A stretch of 64,000 bases of DNA from Candidatus Adlerbacteria bacterium (GTDB lineage Bacteria > Patescibacteriota > Minisyncoccia > Phycocordibacterales > SBAW01): the NCBI GenBank assembly GCA_037135035.1, contig JBAXLB010000001.1:23102-87101 (forward strand), read 5' to 3'. The position numbers and the translations under genes are program-made. This document shows positions 28,876 through 38,652 of the stretch, in pieces (the stretch's first letter is position 1; each line of letters begins with the position of its first letter). The notes under the pieces are model-generated. The model was not told where the DNA came from and made no database searches. It saw only the letters and a program-made list of their open reading frames with translations.

Positions 28876-29405
28876 GGTGTGTGGTATGTGCCTAATATGT
28901 CGACGCGTTCAAGTGCTCCTGTTTTAAAGCGCTCTATGGGGTCGTAAGTTATTTTAACCACTTGCCAGGAAAGATCTTTTGGAAAATACGCGGCTTCGAG
29001 CTCTGCTCGTACTACGTCGGCCCCTGCAGTGTCGCCCGCCACAAGGGCTTTCCCCAAACGGCGGATACCATCGCGTGCGCGGTTTGTCTGTGCGTCTCCA
29101 ATAATGTCATTCGCTTCGCCAAATAATTCTGGGGGAGTGAGTGCTTTTCCTTTATACGTTACAAGCCGCACGGTGTACTGCGTGCTGAAGTGTTCGTTTG
29201 GGACAAGTGCAAATAAAAACCAATGAAAAAAAGGTGGGAAGCTTTTGTCGTGTGCTGAAGAAAAAAGGAAAAAAGTAGAAAGTCCAATAACAAAATAAAG
29301 CCCTAAAAATATACTCAGTAGTGTCCGCAGTCGCGATACCTCGTGAGTGTCTTTGGGAGAGAGGTTCATGCGTAAGAGAATAGCATGCGCTACACTGGAC
29401 TGCAT
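28872..29405 (-). CDS. Hypothetical membrane-anchored protein
   Basis: ORF with TM 'LLSIFLGLYFVIGLSTFFLF'. The start is probably the internal Met. No recognised domain. Confidence 0.35.
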   Translation of the reverse strand: MQSSVAHAILLRMNLSPKDTHEVSRLRTLLSIFLGLYFVIGLSTFFLFSSAHDKSFPPFFHWFLFALVPNEHFSTQYTVRLVTYKGKALTPPELFGEANDIIGDAQTNRARDGIRRLGKALVAGDTAGADVVRAELEAAYFPKDLSWQVVKITYDPIERFKTGALERVDILGTYHTP

Positions 29406-29406
29406 G

Positions 29407-30918
29407 CGCTGGAAGTACGCGACTTTTTTTGTGTGTTTAATGATAGTCTCTGGCTTGTGTGGATACGGCATATACGCCTATATGCATCGGGGGCCGCTCG
29501 ACTTAACCGGCCAGAGCACTGTTACTATTACCCTTACAAAAAACGGTTTTGTTCCAAATGAGATATACATTAATCGGGGCACAACTGTTGTGTTTAATAC
29601 AACAGCAGGAAACCCGTTTTGGCCCGCGTCTGACTTGCATCCATTCCACACTATATATTCCGCATTTGACCCCAAGGGCCCAGTTGCTGCCACAAGCACC
29701 TGGAGTTTTACGTTCGACAAAGATGGACACTGGAGCTTTCATGACCACATAGGCTTGGCGACCGGTGTGATTATTGTGGTACCTCCTGGTGCTACAGGAG
29801 ACGCAAAATACGATGTGCTTGGGGTCTGTGATGAGCCAGAACAAAGCGGACGTGCGGCATGTTACCGCCAACACATATTGCTTGCGCTTGATAAAAAAGG
29901 TTTGGATGGTGCGATGAATGAAGTGGCATCTGTGTATCAAAACTATCCGGAGTTCCGCCCAGAATGCCATTCGTTTTTGCATGACCTGGGGCTTATGGCA
30001 TATAAAAAGTATGGCGAGCATGTTCCTCCGGCCAATACTATGTATTGCGGGCAAGGGTTCTATCACGGTTACTTAGAAAGTTTTCTTATGGAGCGACATG
30101 GCGATATAAAACCAGCACTTGCATTTTGTACAGCAGAAGCTAAACGACTTGGCGAAAAAACTGTTGCGGGTTTGCAGTGCATGCACGGCATTGGACACAG
30201 CGTTATGGAATATTTGCTTACGACACGTCCTGACCTAAGTAACAACAGCAGGAATCTACAAATACTTCTGGGTCTGGGAGTTGCCGAATGTGCCGCGATG
30301 CCTTCCCCAGAAGGGAAGTTCCGTTGTGCGGACGGGGCGTTCGACGTATTTAAAGCATGGGTCAATGTTCAGAGTTTACAGACTGTCTATACAGATGTTT
30401 TTTCGCTCGACCACCCCTTTGCGTTGTGTACACCTTTGCACGAAACATGGCAGAGGGATGCTTGCGTATGGGAAATGGCAAAAGAAACACTTGTTATTGC
30501 TAACCATAATACGCGCACCTCACTGCAGTCGGTTATGCGTGCTGCGCGCACGTGGTTAGATGGGACATACATGTTTTCTGCAATAACAAGCGTTGCGTTT
30601 GTTTCAGCCGCAAACAATGTCGACATGTCGGATAAAAAACTTGTAGGGCTATGTGCCTCTGTTGTTGATACAACGCTCCATTCATATTGTATTGCTGGCC
30701 TTCTGCGCGGAGTTGTTTTTAACGGCGCGCCGGGAACTGAAGGTGCGCGAGGCGCGGAGTTGTGTCACGTACGTACACTCACGTCAGGTGAAAAAACGCT
30801 CTGTGCCAAGACACTTGTTACGACTCTTGTAAATAACTATGGCGAAGTGGCCCGTGCTGCGGCATGTGCCCTCGTAGCGGATATTCCCGGAACGGACAAA
30901 CTCTGTACACCACAGTAG
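29407..30918 (+). CDS. Cys/His-rich extracytoplasmic protein, paralog 1, with N-terminal cupredoxin-like domain
   Basis: Signal anchor. Cupredoxin-like beta-sandwich 'VTITLTKNGFVPNEIYINRGTTVVFNTTAGNPFWPASDLHPFH...HWSFHDHIG'. Core motifs 'CHSFLHDLG', 'YCGQGFYHGY', 'CMHGIGHSV', 'CADGAFD' and 'CTPLHETWQRDAC'. The ORF track starts at 29347. Confidence 0.6.
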   Translation, partial: RWKYATFFVCLMIVSGLCGYGIYAYMHRGPLDLTGQSTVTITLTKNGFVPNEIYINRGTTVVFNTTAGNPFWPASDLHPFHTIYSAFDPKGPVAATSTWSFTFDKDGHWSFHDHIGLATGVIIVVPPGATGDAKYDVLGVCDEPEQSGRAACYRQHILLALDKKGLDGAMNEVASVYQNYPEFRPECHSFLHDLGLMAYKKYGEHVPPANTMYCGQGFYHGYLESFLMERHGDIKPALAFCTAEAKRLGEKTVAGLQCMHGIGHSVMEYLLTTRPDLSNNSRNLQILLGLGVAECAAMPSPEGKFRCADGAFDVFKAWVNVQSLQTVYTDVFSLDHPFALCTPLHETWQRDACVWEMAKETLVIANHNTRTSLQSVMRAARTWLDGTYMFSAITSVAFVSAANNVDMSDKKLVGLCASVVDTTLHSYCIAGLLRGVVFNGAPGTEGARGAELCHVRTLTSGEKTLCAKTLVTTLVNNYGEVARAAACALVADIPGTDKLCTPQ

Positions 30919-30934
30919 GGCATGAGTACAATGA

Positions 30935-31495
30935 GTGCATATGGAACATGTATCTCATCACGACGAGCTTACCGCGAAAGACCCGGTCGTTGTTGTCACA
31001 ACAGGCCCTGTGTTTACTGTAGACCGCACGAAGCTCCCGACTGTAACGGACCTTCTCGGTGATGAATGGACGGTATGGAAGGGGCCGAAAGAAGGTGAAG
31101 GCCTTGAAGGAGAAGAAGACCAAGACGCTCGCGCAACTGCAGTGAACGCTTTTGATTTTAGCCGCATGAAATTTGTCCACGGTTTTAAAGATGGCGAAGA
31201 CTCTATCGATGGCGAGCAGAAACTAGAACGCTTAAAAGTGCTCCCCGACGTGCGTCCTGACTTTGCATTTGGAATAGGATTGTTTTTAGAGCAGGGGCAG
31301 ACAACACTGCGCTGGCTCTACGACAACCACGGCATCACCTGGTTTGAAATCCCGGGTACGGTGATGTGTCACGACGGCGGGTACCGATACTTTTTAATAC
31401 TGAGCAGGGAAGGCAGCGGTGCGTGGCATTGGGACTATCGCTGGCTTAAACACGAACGCCGTCGCGGCTGGTTGGCACCTATGTTTTCTCTATAG
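30935..31495 (+). CDS. Hypothetical cytoplasmic protein (acidic, no TM)
   Basis: 186-aa ORF. No recognisable domain. Confidence 0.35.
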   Translation: MHMEHVSHHDELTAKDPVVVVTTGPVFTVDRTKLPTVTDLLGDEWTVWKGPKEGEGLEGEEDQDARATAVNAFDFSRMKFVHGFKDGEDSIDGEQKLERLKVLPDVRPDFAFGIGLFLEQGQTTLRWLYDNHGITWFEIPGTVMCHDGGYRYFLILSREGSGAWHWDYRWLKHERRRGWLAPMFSL

Positions 31496-31945
31496 GGAGA
31501 TAGGGAGCAGGTCGCCGACAGTAATGCGACTTGCTTCCAGGCGTTGTTGGTCGGACGAATTGCGCATAATTATATAGATAGGTTCACCTACGCGTAAGTC
31601 TTTTTGGTCGATGTCTTCTACGGAGGCACGTTCAGTCACTCCCGACACTTTTGTGCCGCGTGTGCGTTGTATGACAGTTGCAGAAGTAACCCATGCTTGT
31701 AGTTGTTCGGTCTGCCCCTCTCCATCTGTATATGAGATACGCACCCACCGTTCGTCAGAGTTATTTTTTACCAGTGTTGCGATTCTCTGCACATCAGGAA
31801 TTTTGAGAAGGAGGTTCGTTTGCGCTTTTTTTACGGACACGTTTTGTGCTTGTTGAAATTGCAGCATATTTACCACACAGCTTGCTGCAAGCAAGAATGT
31901 GCAGATAAACAGAAGAGGTATGGCTAGTGAGTCTTTTGTATTCAT
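31490..31945 (-). CDS. Hypothetical secreted/membrane-anchored protein
   Basis: N-terminal hydrophobic segment 'LAIPLLFICTFLLAASCVV' after an internal Met start. Confidence 0.35.
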   Translation of the reverse strand: MNTKDSLAIPLLFICTFLLAASCVVNMLQFQQAQNVSVKKAQTNLLLKIPDVQRIATLVKNNSDERWVRISYTDGEGQTEQLQAWVTSATVIQRTRGTKVSGVTERASVEDIDQKDLRVGEPIYIIMRNSSDQQRLEASRITVGDLLPISL

Positions 31946-31949
31946 GAGG

Positions 31950-32387
31950 TTAAAACGATGACTGTAATAGTATAAGTGCATATGGCACCGATGTGTCTCC
32001 GGTAATCCATATGTCCGCGCGGACTTTTTCTCCGTCAATAATACTATGTTCCTTTGGAGCTACAAGAAGTCGAGTACTACTGATAACTCCGCCCGGTGTT
32101 TTTTGAGGATCTCGTACTAGTACGCGCGTGTCAGCGTCGTACCGTATGCGGACTTTTTTTTCGGCTGAGCCACTTCCTGCTGGTATATTCAGAAGAAACG
32201 TTTGTGGCCCCACGTCAGTAATTGTTCCTTGAAGCGACAGAGGGTAGGGCAGGGTTGCACTGTGTGGAGACGCAAGGGCCCACGAACCGCCTACCTGTTT
32301 TGGTGACACTACCGGCCATATATAGATTCCTGCACACACCCCAAGTGTAATACCAAGGACTAGGGTTAGCGCGGCCAGTGCTCTCAT
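31950..32387 (-). CDS. Hypothetical secreted protein
   Basis: Signal peptide 'MRALAALTLVLGITLGVCAG', 145 aa. Confidence 0.4.
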   Translation of the reverse strand: MRALAALTLVLGITLGVCAGIYIWPVVSPKQVGGSWALASPHSATLPYPLSLQGTITDVGPQTFLLNIPAGSGSAEKKVRIRYDADTRVLVRDPQKTPGGVISSTRLLVAPKEHSIIDGEKVRADIWITGDTSVPYALILLQSSF

Positions 32388-32412
32388 ATACTGTGCAGTA
32401 TACTAGAACTCT

Positions 32413-33873
32413 ATGCGCACATTCCGCTTGTATGTTCCTGCTATAAGTGTGGTTGCCGTATTCCTTCTCTATATAGGTGTCGGACAGACCTATGCAGACA
32501 CGATGGCATCCATTGCGGCAAGTCTATGCGCCCTGTACCTGTGTGGTTTGTCTATACTCTATGCGGGTATCCCACACCCCAAGGAGTGGAAGCCTTCGCA
32601 GTGGCTGCTTGTCGCATTTGTGTTTGTAGTATTGTGTACTACGATTTTTTCTGGAAATTTTTTGCATGCATTCTTTGGCTTTGCACTCGACATGACGTCG
32701 GGGGGTTTTATAGTCCTTATGTGCATCCTTGCGTTATTCGTAGGTGGCTTTTCGCGCGTGGTGCGTCAAGGCCTTTTTATTGCATCAACCTGTGTGCTTG
32801 TAGGTCTTTTGGTGTATCCGTATCTACGCACCGAACAGCTTGTGCGACCGTCACTTACAACAACACTACGGGTAGAGTCGGCGGCGTATACGGACCTCGG
32901 TGGCAAAGTACTTGTGGCCGGCATAGGGCCGAGCGCGTTTACTTATGCGTGGCAAAAATATCGCCCAGGGGAAGTGCTCGCCACCCCTTTTTGGAACGAA
33001 GATTTTTCCGTCGGCAGCGGCCTGCTCCCCACGTTGCTCGTAGAATGTGGGGCTATAGCGGCGCTGTTGTTTACCCTTAGTTTTTTTTCAGCTGTTGCTG
33101 AAGAATTTTTGCAGGTCATTACACGGACATATACAATGCGTCGTCGTGTGGTTGCGCTCGCTTCAGTCGCCGTTATTTTTTTTGCTCTCGCACTGCTCGT
33201 GTATGCAGAACCTTCAGCACCGCTGTTGCTTGCGGTGGCAGTCGCGCTTGGTTCGTGTAGATACGAAGATTCTACGTGTCTTCGTGTACGTCCTTTGGTA
33301 CGAACGATACTTTTTGGAATTTTAGCGGTACTTACTGTTGGCGTTTTGTATCTCGGACTTTCAGCTGCATTTTATTTTTACGCATATGCAAACATGCAGC
33401 AGCAGGACCTTTTGCGCGCGCGCAGTGCAGGAGAATATGCATACGCACTTTCGCCCACGGGACAAACTGACCGTTTGCTCGCACAGATACTCCGTTCAAG
33501 TGGCCACGCACTGGGTAATGCGGCTGCGTCGCAGGTGCAGGTGGGGCAGCTGTTTCATCGTGCAAGCATCTATGCACGCGCAGCAACAGTAACCGAGAGC
33601 GCGAATGCACAAAGTTGGAAATTACTCGGTATCACCCTTGCTGAAGAAATGTCGCTTGCGCCAAGCGAAGACGTATTTTACGAAAGTAAGGCGGCATTCG
33701 AACGCGCGCACGCAGAGTCGCCCAATGATCCCTCGGTACTATTTTTCCAAGCGCAACTTTATATATTAGCTGGTCAAAAGCAGCAGGCCGGAGACGCACT
33801 ACAAGCAGCCCTGGCGCTGCGACCGACCTATACCGAAGCAAGCGATCTTTTGGCTGCGGTGAAGGCTAAATAA
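32413..33873 (+). CDS. Polytopic membrane protein with C-terminal TPR-like domain (Wzy/O-antigen-ligase-like architecture)
   Basis: ~9 TM helices followed by Ala/Gln-rich helical repeats. The architecture resembles the 7695-9989 protein. Confidence 0.4.
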   Translation: MRTFRLYVPAISVVAVFLLYIGVGQTYADTMASIAASLCALYLCGLSILYAGIPHPKEWKPSQWLLVAFVFVVLCTTIFSGNFLHAFFGFALDMTSGGFIVLMCILALFVGGFSRVVRQGLFIASTCVLVGLLVYPYLRTEQLVRPSLTTTLRVESAAYTDLGGKVLVAGIGPSAFTYAWQKYRPGEVLATPFWNEDFSVGSGLLPTLLVECGAIAALLFTLSFFSAVAEEFLQVITRTYTMRRRVVALASVAVIFFALALLVYAEPSAPLLLAVAVALGSCRYEDSTCLRVRPLVRTILFGILAVLTVGVLYLGLSAAFYFYAYANMQQQDLLRARSAGEYAYALSPTGQTDRLLAQILRSSGHALGNAAASQVQVGQLFHRASIYARAATVTESANAQSWKLLGITLAEEMSLAPSEDVFYESKAAFERAHAESPNDPSVLFFQAQLYILAGQKQQAGDALQAALALRPTYTEASDLLAAVKAK

Positions 33874-33883
33874 CATTCTGTAG

Positions 33884-35125
33884 TTAGCGGATGTTGGGCA
33901 AGTCTAATTCGGTCGTGGTTAATTTCCCCGCCTCTATCAGCTGTGCAATTGCTTGCTGTACGTGAGGGTCAGTGAAGGCCTGTAGTTTTTCTGGTGGGTA
34001 AAAGAGGGCTAGCTGTTTTGCTATAGAAAGATAACAAACTTTTTCAGCGTCCAGTGCGTGTATTTGGTTTGATGCACACAAGGCAAGTGCTTTTGGATAT
34101 TCTTGCTCTGGAAAACCTCCGGTAAAAAGTGCGCTCGGGAATATAGTAATACACGAAACAAATAACTCTTTTGAGACAGTTGCGCATGCAGGTATAAGAG
34201 ACAGGTAAGAGTTATGCGGCATGGCTCGCAAAATAAGTACTCGCATTGCCGGTCGAAACGCCTGGACGCGCAGTGAGGGGTCTTCTACCTGAGCAATGTG
34301 TTCTATAAGGGAAGGTACCGTAAGACTAGCTTCTCTAAAAAACCGGTCGGCAACGCCTGCGTAACACATACGCTTCCATGATTTGGCGAGCGTTGTGCAG
34401 AGTGCAAACGGGTGCAACTTGTCAAAGGAAAGGCCGTGTTGTTTTTGGGCAGCCCATTCAAGTAAGGCCGTAAATACACCCCGGTAGCATGTCTGACGTT
34501 CTATGTCTGTCAGTGTGTTGGGCAGAGTGTCGCATTGCCCGAGCGTATCTACTGCAAGTTGGCGTGCGTCCTTGGATGTGTCGTGTGCATGCGCAAGGAC
34601 AAACCCATGCCCGGCAGCGTGGTAACACTGCACGTTTATTGTTGGAAATATATTCGAGAAGCGCGTTTCAAAACTACTACATGTTGCAGTTACAAACGGC
34701 ACGTTTGGATGGTCTGCAAACAAGTGCATAAAAAAACCGTGAGGAACGCCAAAGGTGCAAACGTTTGCGGTCTCGGGGAAGTCGACTGTTTCCAGGCTTC
34801 CTCCGCTATGGAGTAGTTTGGAATACATTTGGTCTCCCATCCAATGGGCGTCGGCATGGCAATTTTCGGGAACTAATATGTTGGGGTAATGACTATATAA
34901 GTATGCGTAGTCGTGGAGCATGTCTGCCGCACCTCCTGTTGCGAGAGATGTATCGAGCAGTCCATACCAACATTCAATTTTGTCCGGCGCAGATGTATGA
35001 GAGTAGTCACATACGGCCGCATGGTATACGAAAGACTGTTGGCTAAAAAAATATATTCCAACACTAAAAATTACTGCAAGTAGTGCTACCCAGAATATGT
35101 GTTGCAGGCATTTTTTTGTGTTCAT
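33884..35125 (-). CDS. Cys/His-rich extracytoplasmic protein, paralog 2
   Basis: Signal anchor. Motifs 'NCHADAHWMGD', 'CTFGVPHGFFMH', 'CYHAAGHGF', 'CYRGVFT' and 'CTTLAKSWKRMCYAGVA' match the family core. Confidence 0.6.
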   Translation of the reverse strand: MNTKKCLQHIFWVALLAVIFSVGIYFFSQQSFVYHAAVCDYSHTSAPDKIECWYGLLDTSLATGGAADMLHDYAYLYSHYPNILVPENCHADAHWMGDQMYSKLLHSGGSLETVDFPETANVCTFGVPHGFFMHLFADHPNVPFVTATCSSFETRFSNIFPTINVQCYHAAGHGFVLAHAHDTSKDARQLAVDTLGQCDTLPNTLTDIERQTCYRGVFTALLEWAAQKQHGLSFDKLHPFALCTTLAKSWKRMCYAGVADRFFREASLTVPSLIEHIAQVEDPSLRVQAFRPAMRVLILRAMPHNSYLSLIPACATVSKELFVSCITIFPSALFTGGFPEQEYPKALALCASNQIHALDAEKVCYLSIAKQLALFYPPEKLQAFTDPHVQQAIAQLIEAGKLTTTELDLPNIR

Positions 35126-36006
35126 TGGAGATTAAACAATCTTTCTACTTGGCCTTCGCAGAGATTTTTTTTGTCATCAACAGTAAAGATTTGGCCGCAA
35201 ACTTTTTTTGATTCCTCTAGAGTTTGTGCGTGTACAACTATTTCGGCTGCTCCGCGCGCGCACACTGTGCGTAGGGCGGGGATAGAGTCATATTTCTGGC
35301 AATACAGGCCGAGTTGCTTCAAATGTTCAGGGGTTCTTTCGTTCTTAAATAGTGACGAAAACCACAGACGAGGAAATTCAAATACGCATTGCGGCATGTC
35401 ATGTTCCCCAAGTGCAAGTTCGTCGCATGGTGCATACGGCGCCGCCTGCGATACAGGAAAGGGTTCCGTGCCTGGAAGCATAGTCCGGTTAAAATATTCC
35501 ATAAACAAACCAGACTCGCAGGCTCCCACCACGTCCCCATGTTTAGAAATACTTTTACACGCAGCTACACTTTGTAGCGCAGAAGTTTTGGTGTACCCAA
35601 AATATCCCACCAGACCGTGCCCTATCCCATGTTCGCACACAAGAGGGTCTGCGCTCTTCGCACATATAGTATCGAGCTTTTTTATTATAGGGAGACCATA
35701 TTCCGCAAGTGCGCGGCCGTACATTTCATGTAAACATGCATACTGTAATGTGTCATCGCACACAGTCATTCCAGAAATTCCTTGTTCTTGATACAGCGCT
35801 GTGCCAAAATAATGACCTTCAAAATGTTCGGTAGTACTCGAGAGCAACTCCCTGTACGCGGGCGCCGCTCCTGTGGAATGTATACGTTCTTCCCAATACT
35901 TCACTCTCGCGTTTTCAACTACAGTAGGTGAGTGTAGTGTATGGTAGAGAAAAAAAACTACTAGAATTCCTCCAAGGAATAAGAATATTTTTATTGCACG
36001 GGGCAT
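35122..36006 (-). CDS. Cys/His-rich extracytoplasmic protein, paralog 3
   Basis: Signal anchor. 'CDDTLQYACLHEMYG', 'CEHGIGHGL', 'CESGLFMEYFN' and 'CDELALGEHDMPQCVFE'. The ORF track extends to 36084. Confidence 0.55.
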   Translation of the reverse strand: MPRAIKIFLFLGGILVVFFLYHTLHSPTVVENARVKYWEERIHSTGAAPAYRELLSSTTEHFEGHYFGTALYQEQGISGMTVCDDTLQYACLHEMYGRALAEYGLPIIKKLDTICAKSADPLVCEHGIGHGLVGYFGYTKTSALQSVAACKSISKHGDVVGACESGLFMEYFNRTMLPGTEPFPVSQAAPYAPCDELALGEHDMPQCVFEFPRLWFSSLFKNERTPEHLKQLGLYCQKYDSIPALRTVCARGAAEIVVHAQTLEESKKVCGQIFTVDDKKNLCEGQVERLFNLQ

Positions 36007-36010
36007 ACAA

Positions 36011-37483
36011 TTATAAATTTTTTGTTCTAAGTGAAGAAGTGCATACAGCTTGGTCGCCAACAGGGATAGTCTTGCATATAGCACTCAGGGCGGTGTTGCT
36101 ATACAGGGCACTCAATGTGTCTATCGTGCGCCTGTAACAATGGGTCCGTGCATCAGATATTGGAAAGAGCGAGCAGTAGGCGAGCATCTGTAGATATTCT
36201 GCTCCGGGCTTGCCTCCAGATGAGAGTGCGTTTGCTACACCATCAATAACTGCCTCCCGCTCTTTTTCTTCTGGAAATGCAATAGTTTCTTCGTACAATT
36301 GTTCCAGTGTCTTGTCTTGCAAGTTGTGTCGCACGGTGTCGTCAAACAACGCCATAAGGCCAGAATACCGTGCATTTCCGGGCAACTGATTTATAAAATA
36401 AATTGCATGTGTGTAGTCGTATCCAACATAGTGTATGTAGCCCATTGCGAGTTCGCTGTAACATGACTGCCTATATGCAGGTGTCTGGGTGCGGCAGAGT
36501 GCTGCGGGGTCGCTTGCACGATAGGAAAGATTATAATCGTTTGAACCTTCAGCGATAGAAAGGGAATTAAAAACTCCAGATGCACACCGTGCGCGCCACT
36601 GTGTGTTTGTTGTAACAGTCTCACATTCTCCAATTGCCTGCATCGCCATTGTTTTTTCATTGCCCCAAGATGCCCCGGGCAATGAGTCAAAGAGTGCATG
36701 CCCAATACCGTGAAAGCACGCAGCCGCTGCCGACGAGCCTGCTGCTCGCGAGGGTAGAACAGGGTCGGTGAGTAGCCCTATACAGTAAGAGTTTGCTTCG
36801 TGTAAATAATCTCTCCCGAGTTCTATAAGCATTTGTTCCATAAAACCGTGGTAAAAACCGTACCCACAGTAACTCGTTTCTGGGCGGGCGATATGCACAC
36901 CTGTTTTTTTATACTCACTGTAGGCGGTACTGCCGAGCACATGCATGACGTCGTGACACTGGTTTTGAAATTCGGGACTTGTTTGGTAGTACTGGCTTAC
37001 AGCGTCGAACCCTGCAGAGAGACCGCTCTGTTTCATCGTGGCTGTTATCTCAGCAGCCCAACAATACCCTCGTGTAATGTCGTGTGACGCGGAAAGACAA
37101 TTTTTTATGCTTTCGTCTTTCGCTCCTTCAACCAATATGGAGCCGCGCATTTCGGGCACTATACGGTCATGAAAGTTCCATACCCCTGCCTGCTCAAATG
37201 TATGAGACCAGATTTCAGTTGGCAGAAGGGCATGTCCCGGGTCGAAAACAAAAGAAAGGCTTTGTGAAGAATATAACTCCGAAGCAGGCCAGAAGGCTGC
37301 GCCCGCGGTGGAGATAAACTGCACGATGTCACCTTTGTGTATGAGTACTGTCTTTGGGATAAAACCTTGCTCTGTGCGAGTAATGGTCACCGTATGTGAG
37401 TGGTGAGTGAGGTAAAAAAATACTCCACATACACATAGAACTAGTGCAACAACACTGCCGACACGTGTTCCGGGGCCTCGCAT
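36011..37483 (-). CDS. Cys/His-rich extracytoplasmic protein, paralog 4, with N-terminal cupredoxin-like domain
   Basis: 'TVTITRTEQGFIPKTVLIHKGDIVQFISTAGAAFWPASELY...WNFHDRIVPEMRGSILV' cupredoxin-like domain. Core 'CHDVMHVLG', 'YCGYGFYHGF', 'CFHGIGHAL' and 'CASGVFN'. Confidence 0.6.
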   Translation of the reverse strand: MRGPGTRVGSVVALVLCVCGVFFYLTHHSHTVTITRTEQGFIPKTVLIHKGDIVQFISTAGAAFWPASELYSSQSLSFVFDPGHALLPTEIWSHTFEQAGVWNFHDRIVPEMRGSILVEGAKDESIKNCLSASHDITRGYCWAAEITATMKQSGLSAGFDAVSQYYQTSPEFQNQCHDVMHVLGSTAYSEYKKTGVHIARPETSYCGYGFYHGFMEQMLIELGRDYLHEANSYCIGLLTDPVLPSRAAGSSAAAACFHGIGHALFDSLPGASWGNEKTMAMQAIGECETVTTNTQWRARCASGVFNSLSIAEGSNDYNLSYRASDPAALCRTQTPAYRQSCYSELAMGYIHYVGYDYTHAIYFINQLPGNARYSGLMALFDDTVRHNLQDKTLEQLYEETIAFPEEKEREAVIDGVANALSSGGKPGAEYLQMLAYCSLFPISDARTHCYRRTIDTLSALYSNTALSAICKTIPVGDQAVCTSSLRTKNL

Positions 37484-37511
37484 GTGGCGTTAGTATAGTA
37501 CGAAACGGCTC

Positions 37512-38105
37512 GTGGTATACTGCGTTTGTATGAAGACGGTGGTTTCTACGTTTGCCAGTTTTGTAGCAATATTTTTTCTGTCGTTCTCCTTTGTTCATGC
37601 CGTCACACTTACCACGGCAGTGTCTATTACCGGCAGCGCAAGCGTAATAGGCGCCCTCTCCAAAGGCTCCGGTACCTTTGTTATCGACGACCCGCTTGAC
37701 CCTGCCAACAAATTGCTCTTTCACTCATTCGTCGAGTCACCTGACGTTAAAAATATCTACGACGGTATTGCAACACTCGACAGCGCGGGGGAAGCAGTGG
37801 TTGACTTACCTGATTATTTTTTAGCTCTTAACCAAGACTTCCGCTATTTGGCGACTCCAATTGCAATCTCTATGCCAAATTTGTATTTAAAAAAAGAAGT
37901 AGCTAAGCGGTGGTTTGGTCTCTTTGGCGCGGTACAGTTTAAAATATCTGGAGGAGTGCCCGGAGCTCGAGTCTCCTGGCAAGTGACTGGTATTCGCCAC
38001 GACCCATATATTTTGGCAAACCCAATTATCCCAGAAGTTGAAAAGACCGATACAACTATAGTGAAAAAAGGTGAGTATCTATTTGAAGGATATGAGAAAA
38101 AGTAA
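37512..38105 (+). CDS. Secreted protein, tandem paralog A (tail-fibre-like C-terminal domain family)
   Basis: Signal peptide. Conserved block 'SKGSGTFVIDDPLDPANKLLFHSFVESPDVKNIYDGIATLD...GARVSWQVTGIRHDPYILANPIIPEVEKTDTTIVKKGEYLFEGYEKK' shared with the next two genes. Confidence 0.55.
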   Translation: MVYCVCMKTVVSTFASFVAIFFLSFSFVHAVTLTTAVSITGSASVIGALSKGSGTFVIDDPLDPANKLLFHSFVESPDVKNIYDGIATLDSAGEAVVDLPDYFLALNQDFRYLATPIAISMPNLYLKKEVAKRWFGLFGAVQFKISGGVPGARVSWQVTGIRHDPYILANPIIPEVEKTDTTIVKKGEYLFEGYEKK

Positions 38106-38652
38106 CTTCCAAGCCAGAGTATATTTGTTTGCAACGTTGTTGCTGTGTGTGCCTGTAGTTGCCCTCGGGGTGACGTTAAAAGGAAATGTAAAATTTGCTG
38201 GGAACCTTGCTATTACAGGCGCCCTTTCCAAGGGCTCCGGTACCTTCGTTATCGACGACCCAGTCGACCCCGCTAACAAACTTCTCTACCACTCGTTCGT
38301 CGAGTCACCTGATGTAAAAAATATCTACGATGGTATTGCAACGTTGGATGACAAGGGAGAGGTAATAGTACAGCTGCCAGAGTATTTCGACGCGCTCAAT
38401 AAAGATTTTAGATATCAATTTTTCCCACTCGACCATGCCGACCCAAATGTATATTTGAAAGTGGGGGCAGACAAAACAAAAAATCAGTTTACTATTGCAG
38501 GGGGCACTCCGGGAGCCCGTGTCTCCTGGCAAGTCACCGGCATCCGCCACGACCCATACATTTTGGCGCATCCTATAGTCCCGGAAGTCGAAAAGACCGA
38601 CACAACGCTTGTGAAGAAAGGCGAGTATCTATTTGAAGGATATGAAAAATAA
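38092..38652 (+). CDS. Secreted protein, tandem paralog B
   Basis: The same conserved block, 80-90% identical to A. Its start overlaps the stop of A. Confidence 0.55.
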   Translation: MRKSNFQARVYLFATLLLCVPVVALGVTLKGNVKFAGNLAITGALSKGSGTFVIDDPVDPANKLLYHSFVESPDVKNIYDGIATLDDKGEVIVQLPEYFDALNKDFRYQFFPLDHADPNVYLKVGADKTKNQFTIAGGTPGARVSWQVTGIRHDPYILAHPIVPEVEKTDTTLVKKGEYLFEGYEK

